Assembly: GCA_023818895.1 (NCBI GenBank)
Contig: JAMWCX010000001.1
Coordinates: 659,789-691,788 of the forward strand
Source: Candidatus Omnitrophota bacterium
Lineage (GTDB): Bacteria > Omnitrophota > Gorgyraeia > 2-01-FULL-45-10
Direction: 5' to 3'
DNA: 32,000 nt
The notes below the pieces were generated by a model. It had not been told where the DNA came from, searched no databases, and saw only the letters and a program-made list of their open reading frames with translations. Both the position numbers and the translations under genes were made by a program. Below, piece by piece: positions 9,510 through 18,558 of this stretch; the stretch's first letter is position 1; each line of letters opens with the position of its first letter.

Positions 9510-10541
9510 TTATTTGAGGTGTTTGGATTTGTAATTGGAAGCGCGGATGTCGTATTCATCCTCGATCTCGCCTACGATCTCCTCGACCAGATCCTCGAGA
9601 GTGATAACCCCCTCGATCATACCTTTATCGTCAACGACGATGGCAAGGTGCGTATGCCCCTTCTGGAATTCCGTCAAGAGTTCGGTTACCTTCTTCGAGC
9701 CGTTAACAAAAGTGGCAGGATACATCAGATCCTGCATAACTATAAGATCCTTATTGTAGAAAAGGATCAATAGGTCCTTCATGTTTATTACACCTACTAT
9801 GTTTTCGGGATTATCCCTGTAGACCGGAAGTCGCGAATAACCGCACTCTATAACCTTGGTAATGATATCATCCGGCTTCGCGTTGATATCTATCGCTACC
9901 ATCTCTTTTTTCGGCGTCATCACTTTTCTGACGATCGCATCGCTAAAATCAAATACCTTGGTGAGCATCCTGTACTTTTCTTTCTGCAGGACGCCTTCCT
10001 CCTCCCCTATTTTGATAATCGCTTTTATCTCTTCCTCTGTGACCAATGAAGGCTTAGCAGGCGCTTTCCCGCCCAGAAAGTTAGCAAGGGCTGAGGTAAT
10101 AAATTCCAGCACCCTGATAACGGGTTTCGATATTTTTATAAGCGTCTGCATCGGCATAGCTATGAGAAGCGCTGTCTTTTCAGGATACCGCGCCGCAAGG
10201 GTTTTTGCTGTGACTTCCGATACTATGATAAGAAACGCCGATATAAGCGTCGCAACCGGCACCGCCCAACCTTTCTCTCCACCAGCGATGCGTATTATGG
10301 CAGCGGCTATTAAAACCGCTATCAACGCATCAATAATATTGTTTGAAACCAGGATCGTGCTGAAAAATCGCTCCGGCACTTCTCGAATCTTGATAACCAC
10401 CTTGGCCGCTTTTGATCCTTCGGAAGCGAGCTTACGCAGCTTCAGGCGGCTGGCAGCCATAATGGCGATCTCAGACGCCGCCGTAATCGCCGCAAGTAGA
10501 ATCAGAAAAACCAGTATTAAGATATCTAAGATAAAGTTCAT
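9510..10541 (-). CDS. DUF21 (CNNM transmembrane) + CBS-pair protein, CorC/TlyC-like putative Mg2+/Co2+ transport protein; no C-terminal CorC_HlyC domain evident
   Basis: 343 aa. N-terminal 4-TM region with EIAIMAASRLKLRKL, CBS pair, C-terminal EEIVGEIEDEYD. The ATG overlaps the DUF502 stop (ATGA). Confidence 0.82.
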   Translation of the reverse strand: MNFILDILILVFLILLAAITAASEIAIMAASRLKLRKLASEGSKAAKVVIKIREVPERFFSTILVSNNIIDALIAVLIAAAIIRIAGGEKGWAVPVATLISAFLIIVSEVTAKTLAARYPEKTALLIAMPMQTLIKISKPVIRVLEFITSALANFLGGKAPAKPSLVTEEEIKAIIKIGEEEGVLQKEKYRMLTKVFDFSDAIVRKVMTPKKEMVAIDINAKPDDIITKVIECGYSRLPVYRDNPENIVGVINMKDLLILFYNKDLIVMQDLMYPATFVNGSKKVTELLTEFQKGHTHLAIVVDDKGMIEGVITLEDLVEEIVGEIEDEYDIRASNYKSKHLK

Positions 10542-11134
10542 AAAGAATCCGGTTTTACTATACCTCCTGAAACGATAAGCTTAATTCCTTCCTCAACCGG
10601 CATATCAAGTATTTTTACGCTTTTTTTTGGAACTAGTATGAGAAACCCCGATAATGGCGTTGGTGTAGTGCCGATAAATACGTGCAACAACTCTTCGCCA
10701 GTCTTCTCTTGCGCCTCTTTAAAGCTGTCGTTCGTCAGGAAGCCCACCGACCATATACCTTTAGATGGATACTCCACCATGACCACCTTCTTGAAGGCGC
10801 TATGTTCCTGTGATATCAGAGATACCACTATCTGCTTTATGGCGGGGTAGACCTGCTTTACGAGCGGAAATCTCAGAAACCAATTCTCAAGGATATGTAT
10901 AAATCTTTTCCCGACAAAATTAGTTGCTATAAAACCGATGATGACTACCGTACAAAGACCTATGATAATGCCTATTCCCGGTATTACCAATCCGAAATTC
11001 TGCCGAAGATAGCTATTTATTACTCTTCCCCATATACCATCTATAAAGCGAAAGATCAGAAAAAGAACGTAAATCGTTATAAATGCCGGTAATATTACAA
11101 GAAGCCCGGCTCCGAAATAATGCTTAAGTTTCAT
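10538..11134 (-). CDS. DUF502-family membrane protein
   Basis: 198 aa. Two N-terminal TM helices and a soluble C-terminal part (PTPLSGFLILVP) typical of DUF502 as I recall it. Function unknown. Confidence 0.7.
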   Translation of the reverse strand: MKLKHYFGAGLLVILPAFITIYVLFLIFRFIDGIWGRVINSYLRQNFGLVIPGIGIIIGLCTVVIIGFIATNFVGKRFIHILENWFLRFPLVKQVYPAIKQIVVSLISQEHSAFKKVVMVEYPSKGIWSVGFLTNDSFKEAQEKTGEELLHVFIGTTPTPLSGFLILVPKKSVKILDMPVEEGIKLIVSGGIVKPDSL

Positions 11135-11142
11135 CGCTCTCC

Positions 11143-12540
11143 TTATCTATACATCGGAAACACAAGGAGGATGGTCCACGCGATCAGTGTGGTAACCACT
11201 CCTACCACAAGACCTATCCGGAACCAACGAAAGAAACTCATATGGACGCCTTCTTCCTTTTCCAATAGCCCCAAGGCCACGATGTTAGCTGTTGATCCGA
11301 TAAGCGTGATATTGCCTCCGAAGCATCCTCCGAAAAGAAGGGCCCACCATAGCGGCTGTATGCTTATTCCCAGATCCTTGAAACTCTGCACTACAGGAAT
11401 AACCGCCGCCACAAGGACAACGTTGTCAAGGATGGAGGATCCTATCGACGAAATCCATAATATCACGCCGGTAAGCGCCGCGACATTATGGGTGGTTGTG
11501 CTTATTATCTTTTGAGCTATCGTGTCGGCCGCTCCCGTAAATTTAAGCGTGCCGGCCTGGGCAAATAGGAGCATAAAAAACAGTAGCGTCCACCACTCAA
11601 CATCCTTTTCAATAAAATTTCGGGCGCGCCCATGTTTCCATATCATAACTATTCCGCTTGAAATAAGGGGCAACACCAACAGAACCGTGTTAGGTTCAAG
11701 GTTCCACCACAATTCTATCCGGTGATGTAGGGCAATCGCGCATATCGTAGCGGCAAAGACACCGAGGCTTATTTTCAGGTCCCGCGCCGGAGGCACCGAT
11801 ATGAGGCGTGTCAAGATATCATTTTCGCCAAAAAGCCGGATCTTTTCATCTAACTCGTCGAGAACCTTACTATACCATCCTCTCATGATAAAAATGAGCG
11901 CAAGAAGGCAGATCACCATCACCGGAAAAGCCCTCATGAGAAAATCCTCAAACGTCAAGCCTGATTTGGTGGCTATGAGTATGCCGATTGGGTTACCCAG
12001 CACCGTGCCAGCGGAACCGATGTTCGTGGCGAATACGGCTATCATGAGGAAGGGCGTCGGGTCGGCCTCGAAATAATCGCATATCTCAAATATCGCGGCG
12101 GCGACAAATATTATGGCCGTCACTTCGTCGATGGCGCATGCCAACAGCGCGGAGACTACAGATATTATAAAGAGAAATCGACGAGCGGTAAGATTTTTTA
12201 TCCGAAGGATCAGCGTAACGATCCACGCAAAGAAACCGGCGCTTTTCAGCATCCCAACCAGCACCATCATTCCTATCAAAAAGAGGATGACCTCAAGAGA
12301 GGCGAATTTTATTATGTGATCCATGTCAATGGTCTTGGTAAGTAGCAGAACAGAGGTTCCTAAGAAAGCGAAGGTAAGGCGAAAATGCCAAAAGAAGAGA
12401 GTACCTAGTATGGACACGAAAAATATCGACAGGGCGGTAGACTGATGAAACGACAATCCCCACCGATAGGCCAGTAAACCTATCAACAGCGATATCGTTA
12501 TTAGTATCACTGATTTTTTAAATATATTCTTCTCTTCCAT
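11143..12540 (-). CDS. ion-transporter superfamily permease (ArsB/NhaD / CitMHS-like)
   Basis: 465 aa polytopic. Two-fold repeat with GTVLGNPIGILIA and GSTANIVALG hairpin-type motifs. Substrate not inferable. Confidence 0.78.
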   Translation of the reverse strand: MEEKNIFKKSVILITISLLIGLLAYRWGLSFHQSTALSIFFVSILGTLFFWHFRLTFAFLGTSVLLLTKTIDMDHIIKFASLEVILFLIGMMVLVGMLKSAGFFAWIVTLILRIKNLTARRFLFIISVVSALLACAIDEVTAIIFVAAAIFEICDYFEADPTPFLMIAVFATNIGSAGTVLGNPIGILIATKSGLTFEDFLMRAFPVMVICLLALIFIMRGWYSKVLDELDEKIRLFGENDILTRLISVPPARDLKISLGVFAATICAIALHHRIELWWNLEPNTVLLVLPLISSGIVMIWKHGRARNFIEKDVEWWTLLFFMLLFAQAGTLKFTGAADTIAQKIISTTTHNVAALTGVILWISSIGSSILDNVVLVAAVIPVVQSFKDLGISIQPLWWALLFGGCFGGNITLIGSTANIVALGLLEKEEGVHMSFFRWFRIGLVVGVVTTLIAWTILLVFPMYR

Positions 12541-12561
12541 AGCCCTGGTACTGGTATCCTT

Positions 12562-13020
12562 TTAGAAATCAAGTCCTGCCTGCCGCGCAAGCGCCCTGAC
12601 CACATCGGCCCGCGTGACAACGCCCACCGCTTTATTTTCCCTTACGACCATCACACGACGCTCGCTTCTGGCCAGCATTAGGCGCGATATCTCCGCTACT
12701 GACGTATCTTCGGTGACAATAGGCACTTCCTTGCGCATAATATCCTTCACTTGAAACTTATCCAGATTCGCGAGCTTCTTAAGCGTAACTTTAGAATCAT
12801 CCCCGTAGACGAAATTACCAACGCCTTTAAGATACGATGGCAGTATCGTCTTGAGGATCTCTTTTTCGGTAAAAACACCGAGAATCTCTCCATCGGGATT
12901 CATTACCGGCAGGCCGCTCGCGCCGCTTTCGATAAGGACCTTAAGCGCATCTTTCGCGTTCATTTCCGGTGAAACATATTTCACATCCCTGGACATACAA
13001 TCTTTTGCGGTGACCGACAT
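12562..13020 (-). CDS. stand-alone CBS-pair domain protein
   Basis: 152 aa; two CBS repeats (LPVMNPDGEILGVFTEKEIL and RVMVVRENKAVGVVTRADVV). Confidence 0.85.
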   Translation of the reverse strand: MSVTAKDCMSRDVKYVSPEMNAKDALKVLIESGASGLPVMNPDGEILGVFTEKEILKTILPSYLKGVGNFVYGDDSKVTLKKLANLDKFQVKDIMRKEVPIVTEDTSVAEISRLMLARSERRVMVVRENKAVGVVTRADVVRALARQAGLDF

Positions 13021-13049
13021 AATTTTTCTCCTCTTTGGTAATGCCGCGG

Positions 13050-14468
13050 TTAAAACTTAAGAGCTGGTATGAAAAGCTGGGCTATCTTAAAATATATGAT
13101 AAGACCGCCTACATCAACGATGCTAGTCGTTATGGGGCCTGCTAGTACGGCTGGGTCAAGGCCGACCTTTTTAGACAGAAGCGGAAGACTGATACCAGTT
13201 ATGATAGCCAGCATTACAATAGAAAACATCGTCAGACCTACAACAAATGCGAGATAAAAATCCCTTTGCAGCATAAAAGCTCTGCCAAGCGCCACAACTC
13301 CCACTATAAAAGCCATCGCCAGAGCCGTCAGCATCTCAAGCTTTATAACCTTCCATACATTTTTTAATGTGACATCTCCGGTCGCAAGCCCCCTGATTAT
13401 GGTTATGGACGTCTGCGCGCCGGCGTTTCCGCCGGTATCAAGAAGCATGGGAATAAAAAATGTAAGCGCTATCACATTACTCAGTGTCGCCTCAAAATTC
13501 TTGAGAACAGTGCCTGTCAAGAAATCAAATATAAGGAGCGCTATCAGCCATCCCGCTCTTCGCTTTATAAGTTCCGCGACGTTTGCGGTCTTGTAGCTTA
13601 TGATCTCGCCCTCGCGGGGACTCATCTTACCGACTTCGTACATCTCGCTCGTCGCCTGACGTTCCATCAGTTCTACGATATCGTCGATCGTAATAACGCC
13701 TAAAAGCACGCCGTCCGGATCCACGACAGGCGCATCAAGAAGGTCATATCTTGAAAAATGTTTTGCCACCTCGGTTTTATCCATGTCAACCGGTATCCTG
13801 ATGTTCTGCGCGCCTGTCATTATATCTTTGACCAGCATGTCTTGAGGCGCTTTCAGAAGGACTTGCAGACTTACAGCTCCGATAAGGACATGTTTATCGT
13901 CAGTAACGTAAGCCGAGTAAATGTCCTTCGCGTGGCCCATGGTGAGGTTTTCCTGCATCGTCATAAGGGCCTTGCGGGCTGTCATATCTTTTTTAATCTC
14001 TATCACATCGGTTGTCATAATGCTTCCGGCTGTGCCTTCTTTATATTTAAGGAGTGTTTTTACATTGTAGGCCTCTTCGCTTTTAAGCAGGTTTAAGAAT
14101 TTTTTCATCACTTTGGCGGGAAGGTCTTTGAAAAGTTTGGTCCTTTCGTCCGGCGCCATGTCATTCAATAACGACGAGACTTCCTCATTGTTAAGGTTAT
14201 TTAGAAGATAAGATTGATCTTCAAATCTCAAATCCTCAAAGACTTCCACAGCTTTTTTGGGCCCAAGAAGCTTGAAAATTATAATCCTCTCTTGCGGACT
14301 CAAAAGACGCCATTCCTCTGCCATATCGATCGAATTAATAGTTCTCAGTATATCTTTCAGGTCAGCGAAATTCTTTGACGCGATCAATTCCTTTATTTCC
14401 GGAAGAAAAAGCGATAAGACCCTGACTTTTTTCGAGTTATTCAACTGCGGCTGCATGATCTGCCCCAC
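13050..14468 (-). CDS. mgtE: magnesium transporter MgtE
   Basis: 472 aa. MgtE N-domain, CBS pair and a TM domain with LLDTGGNAGAQ and GPITTSIVDVGGLIIYF. GTG start at 14468, alternative ATG at 14456. Confidence 0.93.
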   Translation of the reverse strand: MGQIMQPQLNNSKKVRVLSLFLPEIKELIASKNFADLKDILRTINSIDMAEEWRLLSPQERIIIFKLLGPKKAVEVFEDLRFEDQSYLLNNLNNEEVSSLLNDMAPDERTKLFKDLPAKVMKKFLNLLKSEEAYNVKTLLKYKEGTAGSIMTTDVIEIKKDMTARKALMTMQENLTMGHAKDIYSAYVTDDKHVLIGAVSLQVLLKAPQDMLVKDIMTGAQNIRIPVDMDKTEVAKHFSRYDLLDAPVVDPDGVLLGVITIDDIVELMERQATSEMYEVGKMSPREGEIISYKTANVAELIKRRAGWLIALLIFDFLTGTVLKNFEATLSNVIALTFFIPMLLDTGGNAGAQTSITIIRGLATGDVTLKNVWKVIKLEMLTALAMAFIVGVVALGRAFMLQRDFYLAFVVGLTMFSIVMLAIITGISLPLLSKKVGLDPAVLAGPITTSIVDVGGLIIYFKIAQLFIPALKF

Positions 14469-14520
14469 AATAATAATAGGTCATTGCCCGGTCAAAAAGT
14501 CCGTAGACGCTGATTCGCGA

Positions 14521-15024
14521 TTATAGCCTTTTTCTGAATACGCTGACCATGAGCAGCGTCAACGCAAAAAGCGCCACGGCAAGGCCTATTCTCCTTTTAT
14601 CTATACGTTCTTCTTTTCTGAACCCTCTCTCAATAACGGTTATCTTTATGCCGTGTATATCAAGTTCGCCTCCGTGGGCTGAACACGCCCTGCTGAAGAC
14701 GCCCTCAACCTCTACCACATCCCCTCGACACTTATAATCACCGAGGAAATGTATGTCTTTAAGAAGCGACGTTTTGCACCACACGCCGATGGCATTATAT
14801 CCATCATAGACGTTAACCCATGAATAATCGCCACGTCCCATTATCGCGGCTATCACTTCGCCCCTATAGGTAAGAAGCTTGCCGTCCAGGAGTTTTGAGT
14901 TCTCTATAAGGTCCCTGCTAGTAAAAGACGCGGCGGTTGAGCAAAAAGAGTGGAGAGTGAAAATAAAAATTAAAATCAATACGACTTTTAACCGAAAATA
15001 ATGAATCTGCCGTCCATCAATCAT
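14521..15024 (-). CDS. hypothetical exported, C-terminally membrane-anchored protein with OB-fold-like core; translationally coupled to trkH
   Basis: 167 aa. N-terminal signal-like helix, a ~110-aa beta-rich core (GEVIAAIMGRGDYSWVNVYDGYNAIGVW...GDVVEVEGVF) and a C-terminal TM (IGLAVALFALTLLMVSVF). The ATG overlaps the trkH TGA (ATGA at 15024..15021). Confidence 0.7.
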   Translation of the reverse strand: MIDGRQIHYFRLKVVLILIFIFTLHSFCSTAASFTSRDLIENSKLLDGKLLTYRGEVIAAIMGRGDYSWVNVYDGYNAIGVWCKTSLLKDIHFLGDYKCRGDVVEVEGVFSRACSAHGGELDIHGIKITVIERGFRKEERIDKRRIGLAVALFALTLLMVSVFRKRL

Positions 15025-16544
15025 CTTTTCCCCTTCAGCGTGGCAATGACAAGACCACCTAAAGTAAGTATGGCGATGAACTCAAGCCTGCCTGCCCACA
15101 TCTGGAACATGTAAACGACCTTCAAAACAGCGGGCATGGATGGTGATGTAACGCCGCAGGAAAGCCCGACGTTGGCGGCCGCCGATACGGATTCGAAAGC
15201 GGCCTCGCTTAAGCTGTAGCCATAGAACATCGTTATTATAGCTCCAAATAGATAGAGCGCCGCGTAGGAAAGGAGTATCAGAGCGGCCATCCTAACATGC
15301 CTGTCTTCGAGTATCATGTCCTTTATGTGATGCAGTTTCTGGACCAAAACGGCGCTTTCAGGTATCAGTAACTTTTTTATATCCTGTCTTAGGGCTTTGT
15401 ATAGTATTCCAAGGCGTAGCACCTTTATCGCGCCGGTGGTGGAACACATGCTTCCTCCAACGGCCATGGCAAGCGTCAACCCAAACATGCCAAGTTGCCC
15501 CCACTCATTAACAAACTGCCTGGCGTAAAGCGTCGTATAACCTGTGCCGGTATGGCCAGAAAAAAGCTGATAGAATACCCTCCTGAAGAAAGGAACCGCA
15601 TCGGGGTATACGAGACGGCTTGCCACCCCCCAAGCCGTTATGGAAAGCGTTACAAGTATACTCATGAAGAGCGTTATTATCTCAATATTTCTGTATATCT
15701 CCCTACGGTTGCCTGTCCAAAGAACATAATGCAGCGCGAAATTAATAGCACCCAGCATCATAAGAGATGTCGTAATAAGCTCGAAAGGAAAATTGTGATA
15801 GAAAAGGATATTCTGTGACTGTGGGGTGAAGCCACCTGTATCGAAAGCCGCCATAAACAAGCACACAGCATCAAAAGCGGCTTTCGCCGGCTTCAAGCCT
15901 CCGCATATACCGGCAATGGTAAGGGCGGCGCTGCCAAGCACAAGATACACCAAGCTCACAAGCCATATGAACCGCGCGGTCTCTATAACATTCGGCAGTA
16001 TCCTCTCATCGCGCGCCTCCCCGACATACATCCTGAACGCCCCTGCCGAACCCTTGAACAGAAATGTTAGAGCTATCACTACTATGCCCTGGCCGCCGAC
16101 GAACATAGTGAGGTGCCGCCAGAAATTATACGAATTGGCCATGTGGTCAACATCTGATGTCAGAGTGAGGCCTGTGGTGGCATAACCGCTCATCGTCTCA
16201 AAACACGCGTCAAGAAAACAACTGTAGTGACCGCTTAAGTATAAAGGAATAGCGGAAACGAACATCGCGGCTATCCATGAGAGCGCCGCCACACACATCG
16301 CATGACTTGTTCCCATATCTTTTTTGGTATGGAACAGGCCTGAAAGCAATGTGCCTGCCAAAAGAGTCGCTCCCATGCTTAATAGAAAGTCGATCGCGGG
16401 CGCTATCTCACCGTAAATAAAAGCGATGGCAAGCGGAATTAGCATCAAAAGACCCAGTCCTATAGTTATCTTGCCGAGATAGTAGCCTATGATTTTGTAA
16501 TCTTCGGTCGTGGGTTTTAATATCACGTGAATATACCCCACCAT
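15021..16544 (-). CDS. trkH: Trk/Ktr-type potassium uptake membrane subunit
   Basis: 507 aa polytopic. Four pore-loop signatures (ATTGLT, DTGGFT, HTGTGYT, AANVGLS). Adjacent to trkA genes. Confidence 0.9.
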   Translation of the reverse strand: MVGYIHVILKPTTEDYKIIGYYLGKITIGLGLLMLIPLAIAFIYGEIAPAIDFLLSMGATLLAGTLLSGLFHTKKDMGTSHAMCVAALSWIAAMFVSAIPLYLSGHYSCFLDACFETMSGYATTGLTLTSDVDHMANSYNFWRHLTMFVGGQGIVVIALTFLFKGSAGAFRMYVGEARDERILPNVIETARFIWLVSLVYLVLGSAALTIAGICGGLKPAKAAFDAVCLFMAAFDTGGFTPQSQNILFYHNFPFELITTSLMMLGAINFALHYVLWTGNRREIYRNIEIITLFMSILVTLSITAWGVASRLVYPDAVPFFRRVFYQLFSGHTGTGYTTLYARQFVNEWGQLGMFGLTLAMAVGGSMCSTTGAIKVLRLGILYKALRQDIKKLLIPESAVLVQKLHHIKDMILEDRHVRMAALILLSYAALYLFGAIITMFYGYSLSEAAFESVSAAANVGLSCGVTSPSMPAVLKVVYMFQMWAGRLEFIAILTLGGLVIATLKGKR

Positions 16545-16666
16545 AAAATACAGACGGCGAACGCCGCGAAGATGAATAACACTGTCATGAGGACTTCGAG
16601 GCAGATGCCCATCACCCCGTTAAATATCGACCTTAAAAAATGCCTTATCGTGGGATTCGCCATCAT
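16523..16666 (-). CDS. unannotated 47-aa single-pass membrane micro-protein between trkA and trkH
   Basis: My own translation: MMANPTIRHFLRSIFNGVMGICLEVLMTVLFIFAAFAVCILWWGIFT. ATG 16666..16664 overlaps the trkA TGA (ATGA). Stop TGA 16525..16523 lies 22 nt inside trkH. AAGG lies 5 nt upstream. The ORF fills the otherwise empty 118-nt gap. Confidence 0.5.
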   Translation of the reverse strand: MMANPTIRHFLRSIFNGVMGICLEVLMTVLFIFAAFAVCILWWGIFT

Positions 16667-17328
16667 TCTACCTTGCCGACGAGCGTGTCAAGAAGCTGCT
16701 GTTCGTTCTCGATCATGGTAAGGGCTATGATGTCATCTCCCTTTTTCAATACCGTATCGCCCTTAGGGACCACTATATTATCTCCGCGCAGGATTGAAAC
16801 TAAGACCGAATTTTCCGGCAGGCTTATATCTTTCACTTGTTTATCAATGACCGGCGACTCAGCGGTGATATCCACCCTCACTAGAGCAAGCTTACCCCTT
16901 TTGAATGTCACAAGATTTATGAAATCCTCGAAAGACACTTCCTCTTCGATAATCTTGGCTATTATCTTGGTAGCGTTCACCGGCACATCAACACCTAACT
17001 CTGTAAAGATGTGCTCATTGTGGGGATTATTAACCCTCGAGACCGTCCGGCGCACGCCAAATACCTCCTTGGCAAGCTGGCATATTATAAGATTGTCTTC
17101 GTCATCCGCCGTAACCGCGGCCACGACATCTGCCCTGCCGACCGCGGCGTCCTCCAAAAAACGCGGCTCACAGCCATCGCCGTTTATGACCAGCGCGTCT
17201 AGCGCCTGAGATATCCGTTCGCAACGCTGCGGATCTTTCTCGATAACGGTAACGGTGTGCTTATCCTGCACCAATTTCTGCGCGAGACTGAACCCTATCT
17301 TCCCTGCTCCTACAATGACTATGTACAT
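16663..17328 (-). CDS. trkA: Trk system NAD-binding RCK subunit (half-size TrkA, paralog 2)
   Basis: 221 aa. Rossmann IVGAGKIG (TrkA-N) plus TrkA-C domain. GAGGAG Shine-Dalgarno. Confidence 0.9.
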   Translation of the reverse strand: MYIVIVGAGKIGFSLAQKLVQDKHTVTVIEKDPQRCERISQALDALVINGDGCEPRFLEDAAVGRADVVAAVTADDEDNLIICQLAKEVFGVRRTVSRVNNPHNEHIFTELGVDVPVNATKIIAKIIEEEVSFEDFINLVTFKRGKLALVRVDITAESPVIDKQVKDISLPENSVLVSILRGDNIVVPKGDTVLKKGDDIIALTMIENEQQLLDTLVGKVE

Positions 17329-17369
17329 AAAACTTGATCTCCTCAGATGCGCCTGGGCTACACGGCGAC

Positions 17370-18014
17370 TTATAATCTAAATATCTTCTTCACCTTGTCC
17401 AAACTCGACGTTCTGACAACTCCCATCACCTTGTCATCCACCTCAAGCCTCGTATCCGGCTGCGGAATTATAACCCTTTTACGCCTCTCGATAACAGTTA
17501 CGAGGAATTCATCGGGCATGTTTATCTCCTCCACCTTCCTACCCTTAAAGTCTTCTCCCACGACAAGCTCTATCACGCCAAGCTCACCTGTTTCCACCAG
17601 ATAGCTGGTAAAACGGTTTTCTATTATCTTATCCCTCATCATGGCAGCCACAAGAGACGTGCCGCTTATGACGTCCAGGCCGAGCTTTCTGAATATATCA
17701 GCCCGTTTTGGGTCGTAGACACGCGCGATGACACGCGGTACTTTGAATATCTTCTTCGCTATCTGGCTAGCCATAAGGTTTGTGTTATCACCGCTGGTGA
17801 CAGACACAAAGGCATCCTGTTTTTCTATCTTGAGCTCCCTCAACAAACTCTCGTTAAAAGCGTTACCCGTCGCTGTGATACCGTTAAACGTGCCGCCAAG
17901 TCGCTTGAACGAATCAGGGTTTTTGTCAATTATTGTGACGTTATGGTCTTCCTGGGAAAGAAGAAGCGCAAGTTGTGAACCGACCCTACCGCATCCTATT
18001 ATCATGATATTCAT
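17370..18014 (-). CDS. trkA: Trk system NAD-binding RCK subunit (half-size TrkA, paralog 1)
   Basis: The ORF track starts at a TTG (18020). ATG at 18014 has GGAGG 9 nt upstream. IIGCGRVG Rossmann plus TrkA-C domain. Confidence 0.9.
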   Translation of the reverse strand: MNIMIIGCGRVGSQLALLLSQEDHNVTIIDKNPDSFKRLGGTFNGITATGNAFNESLLRELKIEKQDAFVSVTSGDNTNLMASQIAKKIFKVPRVIARVYDPKRADIFRKLGLDVISGTSLVAAMMRDKIIENRFTSYLVETGELGVIELVVGEDFKGRKVEEINMPDEFLVTVIERRKRVIIPQPDTRLEVDDKVMGVVRTSSLDKVKKIFRL

Positions 18015-18126
18015 CGCCAATAACCTCCGAAAAGATATTTATCAATATATAATTCGTAAAGCATATTCGGTGATTTTCGTCTTTTGATAAACTTTGTGCG
18101 TCCAGGGCTCGACGAGCTCCTTTTTA

Positions 18127-18558
18127 CTATTTACTAACTCCCTTCACCGCCGCCACGCTGATCTTCCGTATATTCAGCTCGTTAATGACATCAAGCGCTG
18201 TCACAACACTGTTGAACCGTGATGAGCTGTCAACTTTTAACATTACCGCTATCTCCGGATTATCTTTAATCCTTGATTTAAGCGCGTTTTTGAGGTTTCC
18301 GCGCGATACTTTCTCGTCGTTTATGAAATATTCCCCCTTCTTGTTTATCGCGAGAATAACCTTTTCTGAGCCTTCAAGGGCAATTACGCTCGATGCCTTC
18401 GGAAGTTTTACCTCTATCCTGGACATTCGAGTCTCGCTGAACGTGTAGAGGAGACTGAAAGATATAAAGAAGAATATGAACATATTAAGCACTATGTCCG
18501 TCATCGCGACAGACTCAAGGGCTACAAGGTAATTCTTGGTGCCTTTAATGCTTATCAT
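18127..18558 (-). CDS. exbD: ExbD/TolR-family biopolymer transport protein
   Basis: 143 aa. Single TM with conserved Asp (AMTDIVLNMFIFF) and a periplasmic domain. Start abuts the exbB stop. Confidence 0.85.
   Translation of the reverse strand: MISIKGTKNYLVALESVAMTDIVLNMFIFFFISFSLLYTFSETRMSRIEVKLPKASSVIALEGSEKVILAINKKGEYFINDEKVSRGNLKNALKSRIKDNPEIAVMLKVDSSSRFNSVVTALDVINELNIRKISVAAVKGVSK

Noticed and set aside
18105-18125. Hairpin GGGCTC-GAC-GAGCTC followed by TTTTT on the plus strand, right after exbD
   Set aside because: The U-tract is on the plus strand, where there is no gene to terminate. On the coding (minus) strand the hairpin is preceded by A's and not followed by U's, so it is not a convincing terminator for exbD.
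18021-18126. c-di-AMP (ydaO-type) riboswitch or other leader upstream of trkA, and an M-box upstream of mgtE (14469..14520)
   Set aside because: The spacers (106 and 52 nt) are too short, and I see none of the conserved cores of these riboswitches. Only a possible weak promoter (TTTACG-N17-TATCTT) is present.
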